UHGV virus genome: UHGV-0039399
DNA length: 40,347 nucleotides
Strand: one strand, 5' to 3'
Source: a virus
Under the pieces are notes generated by a model that was given only the letters and a program-made list of their open reading frames with translations, did no database searches and was not told the origin of the DNA. The position numbers and the translations under genes were made by a program. Below, in pieces: positions 7,973 through 16,854 of the stretch (within the stretch, counting starts at the first letter, position 1; every line of letters begins with the position of its first letter).

Positions 7973-8620
7973 TTATGGCAGGTTTACGATCTTCGCATCA
8001 ACAACCACGCCAATGATTTTTGATTCTGGATTCATAGGGATCGGCGGGTACAACGGATTAAGTGAACGCAAAAGTTTTCTGCCTCCATCAGTAATCAACT
8101 GTTTAAACGTCGGTGTCTGCCCTTCCTCCAGTTGGGCTATAACCAGTTTGCCATCAATAGCTGGCGCGTGCGGGTCAACAAGTATCATAGTACCCGCCGG
8201 GATGCTTAACCCCTGAGGCGCGTTCATTGATTCACCTTTGGCAACCAGCCAGTAACTATCATCTGAACAAATAACGCTAGTCGTAACGTGTGGTAATGTT
8301 GATCGGCGTGTGTCTTCCATATTGTTTGCTGCGTCCTTCCAGTCAACAACCGGGTAACTTCCTAAATCACGAGGTGGCGCTCCCGGCAACGTGTTAGAAA
8401 CAGAATCATCAATGACCATACCATCATGAGTAACAGTGAATTGCCGACGCCCAAGCGCCCGCATGATCCGCGCAATATCTTCAAGATTCGGCTCACGGCG
8501 ACCGTTCAGCCAGTGAGAAAGGCCACCTTTAGTTATCCCCATAAGATCAGCCAATGAATCCTGGCTCATGCCCTGCGCCCGCATGAGTTGTTTTGCTAAG
8601 TCATACCATTTTGTTTTCAT
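7973..8620 (-). CDS. cI: CI-type repressor (HTH plus LexA-like S24 peptidase domain)
   Basis: N-terminal XRE-type HTH (QDSLADLMGITKGGLSHWLNG) and C-terminal autocleavage domain with the GESM serine motif; divergent from the rightward operon. Confidence 0.9.
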   Translation of the reverse strand: MKTKWYDLAKQLMRAQGMSQDSLADLMGITKGGLSHWLNGRREPNLEDIARIMRALGRRQFTVTHDGMVIDDSVSNTLPGAPPRDLGSYPVVDWKDAANNMEDTRRSTLPHVTTSVICSDDSYWLVAKGESMNAPQGLSIPAGTMILVDPHAPAIDGKLVIAQLEEGQTPTFKQLITDGGRKLLRSLNPLYPPIPMNPESKIIGVVVDAKIVNLP

Positions 8621-8925
8621 ATCGCTACCCTATAACCTAAAAAATTTTGATGCAAGTCACAAAATGTATTTTTCAATCCTTGATCTATTAACAACATTCT
8701 GTAAACTTGCTGACAAGGTAAGGCCATAGTTGCAAGGATGCAAGGAAAAAGATAAGGGAAAGCACAAAAGGCAAAAGCCTTAAGCTCTTTAAAAATCCGG
8801 TGGCGCTGCAATGCGTAAAACAAATATCACGCAACGGCGGGATCTGTTAAGCGGTCAATCACTGCTATCTAATGCCAATGGGATGCCCGCCCGCGCGTTC
8901 ACTCTAACCATAGGAGAAAACACGA
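8621..8925. promoter_or_regulatory. immunity-region divergent promoter/operator region (PRM/PR-equivalent)
   Basis: 305-bp AT-rich intergenic region between cI and the first rightward gene; contains TGCAAGG direct repeats and an ACAAAATGT motif also present near PL. Confidence 0.5.
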
Positions 8926-9179
8926 TGAGTATGAACATGATTAGCAAAGCATGGAACGTAAAACTTAACAGCCCGATCCAAAAACTTGTCTTAATTGCGT
9001 TTGCAGAAAAGGCAGACAACAAGGGCCGCGCACACGCTTCACGCGAAGAGATTGCAAAAGTCTGCGAACTGCCACTGCATACTACTGTTGACGCATTAAA
9101 CTCATTAATCCGCAAAGGATTCATTAAACGCGCTGACGAATACGGCGAAATTTATGACATTGCTTTGCCTGAGGAATGA
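8926..9179 (+). CDS. winged-helix DNA-binding protein (first gene of the rightward operon, Cro position)
   Basis: AGGAG RBS 9 nt upstream; predicted wH/HTH segment; the longer 8811 start has a weaker RBS. Confidence 0.5.
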
Positions 9180-9182
9180 TCT

Positions 9183-10100
9183 ATGAAGTGGTTTAAACAT
9201 GATAGCGATGCGAACCGCGACGAAAAACTTCAAAACGTTTTGTTAGATTATGGCCTGGAAGGTTATGGGCTTTATTGGTATTGCCTCGAACTGATAACTT
9301 ATGACGTAGATCAGCACAACCTCAATTTTGACCTTCGACATGATGCCAGAATCATCGCGCGTAACGTCGGATCGACTGAGAAGCGCATTGAGGAAATGAT
9401 GAAATACTTTATCGAAATTGGTCTATTCGAATGTTCTCAGGGGCATATAACTTGTTTAAAGTTATTAAAAAGGCTGGACCAATCAATGACATCTAAAAGC
9501 GCATATAGGGCAGCCATAAACACAGCGAAGGAGCAATTAAAATTAGAAAAGCTAATCAATACAGCGCCAAAGGGTCATGATGAGGTCATGATTGGGTCAT
9601 GTCAGGGTCATGATAGGGTCATGACCGGGTCATGGCAGGGTCATGAATTAGAATTAGAAGAAGAAAGAGAAAAAGAAAAAGAAAAAAACATATTGATCAG
9701 CGATGCTGATCGAAACGCTTTCGAAGACATCTTCTGGCCTGCATACCCACGGAAGGTTAACAAGCAGGCAGCGTTTAAGTCATTCAAAACGAGAGCAAAG
9801 GAATGGGTGAAGGAAAACAAATCAACTGTCCAGGCTTTCGCGGAAATGCTGGTTAAAGATCTTGAGCGCAGGAAAGGTTGGTTCGGTAGCGACAAGTTGC
9901 ACCCAACAACATATCTGAACCAGAAACGCTGGCTTGATGAACCGGAAGGAGGTAACAACCAGGATAGCAATGTTGAAGGTAAGAAGCTGCGCCGCATCGT
10001 CGGGAAGAGTGGTCAGATTTACGAACGAATGTTAACGGATGATGAGTATAACGAATATCTCCGACGGTTCGCGGAGTGGCAGAAATCACAACACGCTTGA
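9183..10100 (+). CDS. replication initiator / replisome organizer (O-like)
   Basis: N-terminal MKWFKHDSDANRDEKL...YGLYWYC domain typical of phage replisome organizers; iteron array embedded in the coding sequence as in lambda O. Confidence 0.75.
   Translation: MKWFKHDSDANRDEKLQNVLLDYGLEGYGLYWYCLELITYDVDQHNLNFDLRHDARIIARNVGSTEKRIEEMMKYFIEIGLFECSQGHITCLKLLKRLDQSMTSKSAYRAAINTAKEQLKLEKLINTAPKGHDEVMIGSCQGHDRVMTGSWQGHELELEEEREKEKEKNILISDADRNAFEDIFWPAYPRKVNKQAAFKSFKTRAKEWVKENKSTVQAFAEMLVKDLERRKGWFGSDKLHPTTYLNQKRWLDEPEGGNNQDSNVEGKKLRRIVGKSGQIYERMLTDDEYNEYLRRFAEWQKSQHA
9573..9649 (+). repeat. seven direct GGTCATG iterons at exact 11-bp phasing
   Basis: GGTCATG starts at 9573, 9584, 9595, 9606, 9617, 9628 and 9639. 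Confidence 0.75.
9573..9713. promoter_or_regulatory. candidate origin of replication (iterons, purine/A-rich tract, GATC-containing palindrome)
   Basis: Iterons are followed by an A/G-rich stretch (9646-9690) and the inverted repeat GATCAGC-gat-GCTGATC with two Dam sites; this mirrors ori-lambda inside gene O. Confidence 0.65.
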
Positions 10101-10233
10101 GTATTCATTAGTGTCAGAAATCGAAAATAACCAACCAAACAAGCCCACCAGCGAGCTAAATTGCATTAGGCGCTACACTTGCATACCTTTAGCTGTTTAG
10201 CTCGTTAGAGAGCGTTTTAGAGAGGATCTAAAA

Positions 10234-10335
10234 ATGGACGGTAAACACGTTTTCGCCCTGTCTTTTGCCATCGCTGCGGCAATCGCCGTTAACGTTGCAT
10301 TGTTCGGCGGTTTGTTCCTTCTTGTCAATCCATAA
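10234..10335 (+). CDS. small hydrophobic peptide (33 aa)
   Basis: Manually found ORF MDGKHVFALSFAIAAAIAVNVALFGGLFLLVNP with AGAGAGGA RBS. Confidence 0.3.
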   Translation: MDGKHVFALSFAIAAAIAVNVALFGGLFLLVNP

Positions 10336-10467
10336 CCTTCATATCAGTCTGTAAATCAAAAATTAGCCACCTGAGAGAGTCTATAACGCAATAAGACACT
10401 GCAACCTGTGCAAACGGGTGTCGCGGTGGGATTTTTGCGTTGTAGCGCGTTTTACGGAGAAATTACA

Positions 10468-11238
10468 ATGTCTGAATTAATGGTGTTTGATAACGTAAAA
10501 ATGACAAGCGCTGAAATTGCTGAGTTGGTCGGAAGTCGCCACGCAGATATTAAACGAAGCATTGAGAGGCTTGTTAAAAATGGCGTTATCCGGCAACCGC
10601 CAACGGCGTTTCTCGAAAGAATCAATAACTTAGGGTTTAAGGTAAAAGATGACGTCTACGTCTTTGAAGGGGAGCAAGGCAAGAGAGATAGTATCATTGT
10701 TGTAGCTCAAAACTGCCCTGAATTTACGGCACGACTTGTTGATCGCTGGCAGGAACTTGAAAACACAGTCCGGCAAAATGCTGTTCCAAATTACGGTAAC
10801 ACGCAGATCGGTAATGTTCTTGCTTTCGCAGAAACAGCAAGTCGAATGCTGAATATGAGCAATTCGGGTAAGCTGGGGATGCTACAGAAAATCGAAAAGG
10901 AATATAATATTCCTCCTATCCTTCCACATTATGCTATCGACGCTCCTGTTGATGCGGTAGACGGATCAAGTCGTGTGACCAAATCACTGACAGCATTGTT
11001 GGAAGAAAATAACGTTGGCATGACTGCGCGGGAGGTTTACCCAATCCTTGAGCGCAAGGGCATTGTTGAACGCAAGTATCGTAAAGCACGATGCGGCGAA
11101 AAAAGATTCTGGAATGTAACTGTGCATGGCCTGCGATACGGCAAAAACATAACCAACCCGTCTAACCAGAGAGAAACGCAGCCACACTTCTATGAATCAA
11201 GATTTAAAGAGTTGTTGAATATTATTTTTTCTGAATGA
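10468..11238 (+). CDS. Rha-family phage regulatory protein
   Basis: N-terminus MTSAEIAELVGSRHADIKRSIERL matches the Rha N-terminal DNA-binding signature; GGAG RBS. Confidence 0.7.
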   Translation: MSELMVFDNVKMTSAEIAELVGSRHADIKRSIERLVKNGVIRQPPTAFLERINNLGFKVKDDVYVFEGEQGKRDSIIVVAQNCPEFTARLVDRWQELENTVRQNAVPNYGNTQIGNVLAFAETASRMLNMSNSGKLGMLQKIEKEYNIPPILPHYAIDAPVDAVDGSSRVTKSLTALLEENNVGMTAREVYPILERKGIVERKYRKARCGEKRFWNVTVHGLRYGKNITNPSNQRETQPHFYESRFKELLNIIFSE

Positions 11239-11271
11239 GTATACATTTTGTGAACCGGAGGAATTAACATT

Positions 11272-12390
11272 ATGTGTCAAAGAAAAATCTCGGATGAGGA
11301 ACTTATCACTGAATATAACAATGGTTTAACGTACAAACAGATCGCTGAAAAGTATGGCATGTCAAAACGCAATGTCGAACGCCTGGGCGCAAAACTGGCG
11401 AAGCGCGGTTTAATATCAACGCGTCGCGCTCCTGGTTTTGGTGTTAATGGCGAGTCGTTGCTAGTCGATAAAAACGGCAATGTTATCATGCGCTGGATTA
11501 AAACAGCCCGTGACCGCGAAGAAATGGAACAGCTAATGGAAGCGGCCCGCGACGCTTTAACGGATGAAATACCACGCGCGGAGGCTGTGCCAGTGCCGGA
11601 AATTGATTTTCAAAAAAGCCTGGCCCTTTATCCGGTGTTTGACCTGCACATCGGGGCGCTTGCTCACAAAGCGGAATGTGGCGAGAGCTACGACACTGGG
11701 ATCGCTGAACGCGTGTTAAATGACTTCTTTGACTACGCCGTTGGCGCTGCCCCTATGAGTGAAAAAGCGGTTCTGCTTCTCGGTGGCGACCTGCTTCACA
11801 CTGACGGATTGTTGCCAGTGACGCCATCAAGCAATCACGTTCTTGATTGCGATAGTCGCTATGCAAAACTTGTTTATGTGGCGATCCGGGCGGTACGTCG
11901 TGCGGTCGGGAAAATGTTGCTGAACCACAAGGATATTGAAATTCAGGTATTATCAGGCAACCACGACCAGTCTGGTATGATTTGGCTACGTGCTGCGCTG
12001 GCGGCTTTTTACGAAGATGAACCACGCGTGACTGTTGATGTGTCACCTACTATCGTACACCACACGCAGTACGGGAAAACATTCCTTGCTTACCACCACG
12101 GGCACACTATCAAAAAACCGGAAAACCTATTGGCTGCTTGCGTGGCTGACTGGCGCGAAGATTTCGGCAAGTCTGCGGCTGTTTACGCCCACTGCGGGCA
12201 CTGGCATCATCAAAGGATGATTGAATCATCGTTGGGCGTTGTTGAGTATCACGGCACGTTAGCTGGCAAGGATGCGTATTCGACTAATGGAGGATGGCGG
12301 TCGCGTCGCCTGGCAGCGGTTATTATTTACAGCCCGGATCATGGTGAAATCGGGCGCTTTGTTTATTACCCTGAATTTTCCATTTTGTAA
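11272..12390 (+). CDS. HTH domain fused to a calcineurin-like metallophosphoesterase
   Basis: N-terminal HTH (LTYKQIAEKYGMSKRNVERL), then phosphoesterase motifs in order: DLH, GGDLLH, SGNHD, HHGH, GHWHH; GGAGG RBS. Confidence 0.6.
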   Translation: MCQRKISDEELITEYNNGLTYKQIAEKYGMSKRNVERLGAKLAKRGLISTRRAPGFGVNGESLLVDKNGNVIMRWIKTARDREEMEQLMEAARDALTDEIPRAEAVPVPEIDFQKSLALYPVFDLHIGALAHKAECGESYDTGIAERVLNDFFDYAVGAAPMSEKAVLLLGGDLLHTDGLLPVTPSSNHVLDCDSRYAKLVYVAIRAVRRAVGKMLLNHKDIEIQVLSGNHDQSGMIWLRAALAAFYEDEPRVTVDVSPTIVHHTQYGKTFLAYHHGHTIKKPENLLAACVADWREDFGKSAAVYAHCGHWHHQRMIESSLGVVEYHGTLAGKDAYSTNGGWRSRRLAAVIIYSPDHGEIGRFVYYPEFSIL

Positions 12391-12428
12391 ACTAAATGCA
12401 ATGCCGTAATGGCTCTGGAGGTGAATAT

Positions 12429-14312
12429 ATGACACCGAAAGAATTGGATTCGTTATTGTGGCAGCAAGTTGAGAAGGTGGCCCGTCACCTCCTGCCTAAC
12501 GGCAAGAAGGATGGGCATGAATGGGTAGCCGGAAATACTAACGGCGACAGCGGTAAGAGTCTGAAGATCAACCTCAACGGGAAAAACAAATGGGCTGATT
12601 TCGCTGAGGGTGAATCGGGCGACCTGCTTGATTTATGGATGTTGTGCCGTGGTATTCCACTCCACATTGCAATGAAGGAAGCTAAAGCATTTTTAGGCAT
12701 CAAGGACGATGATCATCATTTTGTGTCAAAGCAGGATAAGAAGTTTAAAAAGCCTGATCGGGAACACATAAGAAAATACTTATCGAAAGGTGAGCGCCAC
12801 ATTGAGTACCTGGAAGGCCGGGGAATATCAAGGGAGATCATCAAAAAATACGAGGTAACACTGGGTAAGGTTTTTGATGGCAAATCTAATCTTGATGCCC
12901 TGGTTTTTCCTTACAAACGTGACGGTGAACTACTGCAAGTTAAACGAATCGGGATTGATCGCCCTAACGGTAAAAAAATAATAATGGCAGAGGCAGAATG
13001 CGAACCTTGCTTGTATGGATGGAACGGACTGGATGATGGTGTGAGGGCTGTCGTTCTTTGTGAGGGTGAAATTGACTGCCTGTCTTACGCTCAGTATGGG
13101 ATTTCAGCGCTATCAGTGCCGTTTGGTGGAGGTAAGGGAGCAAAACAACAATGGATCGAATTCGAATATCATAATCTCGACAGGTTCGAGGAAATTTATA
13201 TTTCAATGGATAACGATGACGTTGGCAGGGAAGCGACAAGGGAAATAGCTACAAGGCTGGGTGAGCACCGCTGCCGAATGGTTAAGCTACCACGCAAGGA
13301 TATTAACGAATGCCTTACTGATGGCATCCCTGAGGATGAAATATGGAATTGCATCGCTTCGGCTGAATACTTTGATCCTGATGAGTTGTATTCTGCAAGG
13401 GAGTTTTATCAGGACACGATAAACGCTTTCTACGGAAAAGAGCAATACCTTTTTACTTCTCCGTGGGCAAAACTTAATTACAACTTCAAGTTTCGCGGCT
13501 CTGAGTTAACAATACTGAGCGGCTACAACGGCAGCGGTAAGACTGAGATCGTGGGCCATATGGTATTGGAAGCAATAAAACAGGGAGTCAAAACTTGCGT
13601 CGCATCACTTGAGATAAAGCCTGGCATATTGCTTAAGCGCTTAACCAGGCAAGCGACATGCTGCAACCAACCGCCAATGATTGAGATTGATTCAGCATTT
13701 AAACTTTATGATGACCGATTATGGATATTCGGTCTGACAGGGACGGCAAAGGCTGAAAGGCTGCTTGAAATTTTCGAATATGCGAGCAGAAGATACGGCG
13801 TTAAGCTGTTTGTTATTGACAGCCTGATGAAATGCGGGATTGGCGAGGATGACTATAACGGGCAAAAGGCATTCATCGATGCCATTTGTGACTTCAAAAA
13901 CAAAACTGGCGTTCATGTAATTCTCGTGACCCACTCAAGGAAGGGTATCTCTGAAGATACGCCGTCGGGGAAAATGGATGTGAAGGGTAGCGGCTCTGTA
14001 ACCGACCTCACCGATAACCTGTTAATCATCTGGAGGAACAAGAAACGCGAAAGATTGATGGCTGAACTGGCTGACTCGATGATGCCTGCTGATGCAGATC
14101 AACAAAAAATATTGAATGAGGCTAGTTCTTACCTGATTATGGAAAAACAACGAAACGGAGAAGGCTGGGAGGGCAAAATACCTTTAAGCCTTGATCTTAA
14201 TTCGCATCAATTCCTTGAACCAGACACGCCGTCGCCATACAGCTACATAGCCAACATGACAAAAGCAGATTATGACGAAGTGTGGATCAATGAAAACGTA
14301 ACCCTATCGTAA
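12429..14312 (+). CDS. bifunctional DNA primase / replicative helicase (TOPRIM plus DnaB/RecA-like ATPase)
   Basis: TOPRIM motifs (VVLCEGEIDCLS, SMDNDDVGRE) followed by Walker A GYNGSGKTE and Walker B-like VIDSL; GGAGGTG RBS. Confidence 0.85.
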   Translation: MTPKELDSLLWQQVEKVARHLLPNGKKDGHEWVAGNTNGDSGKSLKINLNGKNKWADFAEGESGDLLDLWMLCRGIPLHIAMKEAKAFLGIKDDDHHFVSKQDKKFKKPDREHIRKYLSKGERHIEYLEGRGISREIIKKYEVTLGKVFDGKSNLDALVFPYKRDGELLQVKRIGIDRPNGKKIIMAEAECEPCLYGWNGLDDGVRAVVLCEGEIDCLSYAQYGISALSVPFGGGKGAKQQWIEFEYHNLDRFEEIYISMDNDDVGREATREIATRLGEHRCRMVKLPRKDINECLTDGIPEDEIWNCIASAEYFDPDELYSAREFYQDTINAFYGKEQYLFTSPWAKLNYNFKFRGSELTILSGYNGSGKTEIVGHMVLEAIKQGVKTCVASLEIKPGILLKRLTRQATCCNQPPMIEIDSAFKLYDDRLWIFGLTGTAKAERLLEIFEYASRRYGVKLFVIDSLMKCGIGEDDYNGQKAFIDAICDFKNKTGVHVILVTHSRKGISEDTPSGKMDVKGSGSVTDLTDNLLIIWRNKKRERLMAELADSMMPADADQQKILNEASSYLIMEKQRNGEGWEGKIPLSLDLNSHQFLEPDTPSPYSYIANMTKADYDEVWINENVTLS

Positions 14313-14408
14313 CCGCACAAGTAATTTTTAAATCAATATGAGCAAACGGCTTGCCAGAAAGTTTACCGCTTTCTGGTGGCTGTTATCGCGTTTTAAACGA
14401 GGCCAAAA

Positions 14409-14966
14409 ATGAACGCTGAAATTGAAACAAAAATTATTAATATCCTTGAACTTGACGGCATCGCAACAATGCACCAGTTACGCCAGAAAACAGGGTTATT
14501 GGCTGGGTATGATAAGGACGGAATCATGCCTGAGACAATTAAACACTTAATAAAAAACGGTATCGTCGAGCGCGTGTATACATGTTTTGGACGCCGTCGC
14601 AGACTACTGGGTTATCGTATTAAACAGTTATATGCTGAACGTCGCGAGCGCGTCGCTGCGTTATTTGGTGACTACAGCGTTAAAAAGCGTATGCGCGACA
14701 TTAGCGCGGAAACAGGTATTCCGTGGAATTATCTATCTCGTACTCTGCGTTTAATGGTTATTGATGAAACGCTTTGCGTTGACCCTAACCGACACGGGGT
14801 TAATTTTTACTCTCTGTTTAAACCTGGGCGATTCGGTCACGCTAATGATTTGGCTTTTGACTTTGACAGACGCCTGAACGAATACCGGAAAAATAACGGC
14901 CTGCTACCGGATAAACCAATATTTGAGATCGAAAAACTTAACGGCGAAACGGGGTTGGAATTATGA
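14409..14966 (+). CDS. hypothetical protein (possible winged-helix N-terminus)
   Basis: 185-aa ORF after the primase-helicase. Confidence 0.55.
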   Translation: MNAEIETKIINILELDGIATMHQLRQKTGLLAGYDKDGIMPETIKHLIKNGIVERVYTCFGRRRRLLGYRIKQLYAERRERVAALFGDYSVKKRMRDISAETGIPWNYLSRTLRLMVIDETLCVDPNRHGVNFYSLFKPGRFGHANDLAFDFDRRLNEYRKNNGLLPDKPIFEIEKLNGETGLEL

Positions 14967-15169
14967 GACGGGTAATTTTTTATTCAGTTGAAACGTTTAT
15001 TGACGAATCTCACTTTAAATTCCCATGCGATCCTTGCGGCGCGATGGTTTATACGCCTCCACTAATGCGCAAATACAGGCACGTAAAATTTAACCGGGCT
15101 TTTGTGCCGATTCGTTACGCTTTGCAGGCGTTGCGCGGTGAATTACGAAACACAATGCGGATTGTGTAA
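14963..15169 (+). CDS. hypothetical protein
   Basis: 68-aa ORF with ATGA overlap to the upstream gene. Confidence 0.4.
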   Translation: MRRVIFYSVETFIDESHFKFPCDPCGAMVYTPPLMRKYRHVKFNRAFVPIRYALQALRGELRNTMRIV

Positions 15170-15179
15170 GGTGGCGATC

Positions 15180-15377
15180 ATGAACAGGGAATTGGAATTG
15201 ACAGTTGAAGACTTAAGCACAATTGCGGAATACATGCGCTGCGGCGATCCTGATAAGCCTGTTGTTGTTGATATGAGGTACTTAAAAAGCGCTTTTATGA
15301 CAAGCTCGCGCCTAATTTCTTTGCGGGCGATCATGTATGCGCGGGCACAGTGGAAAAATAGCAACGGTGTATTATGA
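15180..15377 (+). CDS. hypothetical protein
   Basis: Start refined to ATG with AAGGTGG RBS (65 aa); stop overlaps the ninB start. Confidence 0.4.
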   Translation: MNRELELTVEDLSTIAEYMRCGDPDKPVVVDMRYLKSAFMTSSRLISLRAIMYARAQWKNSNGVL

Positions 15378-15805
15378 GGCAAATAAGGTTTGAAATAGTT
15401 AACGACGCCGTAAAAGAAAACGCTATCAGGCAGATAAAGGAGATCCAGCCTGATAGCAAAAGCCCGCTGGTAATTACCATCCAGGAGAAAACCCGGTCGC
15501 TGAGTCAAAATGCGTTGCTTTGGGCGCTGCTGACAGACGTTAGCGATCAGGTTAACTGGTACGGCAAAAAGCTGTCGCCTGAAGATTGGAAAGCGGTATT
15601 TACTGCAGGGCTTAAGAAATATGGCGTTGTCCCTAATCTGGATAAATCAGGGTTTGTTGTGCTGGGTACGTCAACCAGCCGGATGAGTAAAGCAGAATTT
15701 AGCGAATTAATCGAACTGATCTACTCGTTCGGCGCGGAACATGGTGTTCAGTGGTCTGGCGATACGAAGTTAAACGAGGAATTTATAAAACGCTGGGGGC
15801 AATAA
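15374..15805 (+). CDS. ninB: NinB recombination protein
   Basis: Strong similarity to my recollection of lambda NinB (VITIQEK.RSL.QN, VVPNL...GFVVLG.STSRM, AEHGV.WS). Confidence 0.85.
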   Translation: MRQIRFEIVNDAVKENAIRQIKEIQPDSKSPLVITIQEKTRSLSQNALLWALLTDVSDQVNWYGKKLSPEDWKAVFTAGLKKYGVVPNLDKSGFVVLGTSTSRMSKAEFSELIELIYSFGAEHGVQWSGDTKLNEEFIKRWGQ

Positions 15806-15981
15806 TGGTTCGTTACTACATGGCTAAACCTACAGGCATTTTATACAAGATTGATGGCGAATACGTTTATTACTTTCACAATCAGGCGCGTGATTGGCGA
15901 TTGTGTCACGCGCACTTTAAGCACGAAATAGAAAACCACCCTGAATATTTTATCAAAGTTGACAATGTAACGGTGGCGTAA
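15805..15981 (+). CDS. hypothetical nin-region protein
   Basis: 58-aa ORF, TAATG overlap with ninB; GGGGG RBS. Confidence 0.45.
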   Translation: MVRYYMAKPTGILYKIDGEYVYYFHNQARDWRLCHAHFKHEIENHPEYFIKVDNVTVA

Positions 15982-15982
15982 T

Positions 15983-16636
15983 ATGGCAAATAAAACACCT
16001 CGCGCAATAGGAACAATGATCCACAGATTCCGCGTTGATACTCCTCCTTTCGAAGTGACAACGTTTTCGAGTTATTACGATTTTGGTACGGAGTATTACG
16101 CAGGATCTAAGGTTGGCGGCGAATCTTATACGTTGATGGCTAATACGTGGCGCTTTGTGCGCTTCCCTGAAAAGGATGATGACGGTATGAACAAAGAAAG
16201 CGAAATTATTGATGAACTGATCGAAGATGAGCGCCATGATTGCGATATTCAACCAGAAAAAACGGAATGGTTGGCGGGAGAAAAACCTCCGGTTGGTGTG
16301 TGGCTTGATTGCGTGGGTCTTACGAGCGGAACGGTTCTCGATGTCGTTAAATTTAAGTATGTTGGTGATAAATGGGCTATATGTGAAAGCAAGGAAGAAC
16401 CATGTAGCGAGAGGCCGCTATCATGGACAACATGCGCATTCAGGATTCATGTTGGTCCGATAGAAAAGGCGCTTGCCGAAATAGCGTTCGCACTTGCCAC
16501 TAAGGTAATGGGTGAAGACGCGGCAAGCGAGATCGACTTTAGCCGTGACAGTGATTTTACGCGTGACTATCGCAATATGGCGCAAGCTATTATTGATGGA
16601 TGTATCGGACACGTTGAATACACGGGGAAAAGATAA
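15983..16636 (+). CDS. hypothetical protein
   Basis: 217-aa acidic ORF. Confidence 0.6.
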   Translation: MANKTPRAIGTMIHRFRVDTPPFEVTTFSSYYDFGTEYYAGSKVGGESYTLMANTWRFVRFPEKDDDGMNKESEIIDELIEDERHDCDIQPEKTEWLAGEKPPVGVWLDCVGLTSGTVLDVVKFKYVGDKWAICESKEEPCSERPLSWTTCAFRIHVGPIEKALAEIAFALATKVMGEDAASEIDFSRDSDFTRDYRNMAQAIIDGCIGHVEYTGKR

Positions 16637-16854
16637 TGGATAAGATCGGCGCAATACTCATTAATCGCGAGCAAGTGCAAAAAATGTTGGGCGGGCTTAG
16701 TAAGTCGGCGTTTTTTAAACTGGTTAAGAAGTGGAAGGATTCAGGTACTCCATTCCCTGAACCCGTTAAGGGGATGCCAGCATTAAAGCGCGGCGGTTAT
16801 CTTTACCGTTATCAGGATGTTATTTCATTTTGTAAATCAATGGGCTTCATGTAG
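16636..16854 (+). CDS. excisionase-like / AlpA-type small DNA-binding protein
   Basis: 72-aa protein with the excisionase-type HTH pattern (INREQVQKMLGGLSKSAFFKLVKK); adjacent to int, 3' ends overlap by 43 bp. Confidence 0.6.
   Translation: MDKIGAILINREQVQKMLGGLSKSAFFKLVKKWKDSGTPFPEPVKGMPALKRGGYLYRYQDVISFCKSMGFM

Noticed and set aside
8617-8823. 68-aa minus-strand ORF in the cI/PR intergenic region
   Set aside because: Lies wholly within the divergent promoter/operator region, overlaps the cI start, and has Cys/Phe-rich low-complexity composition.
14354-14376. Inverted repeat CCAGAAAG-tttaccg-CTTTCTGG after the primase-helicase gene, considered as a terminator
   Set aside because: Not followed by a T-rich tract, and the downstream genes appear co-transcribed, so it is at most a weak pause or processing site.
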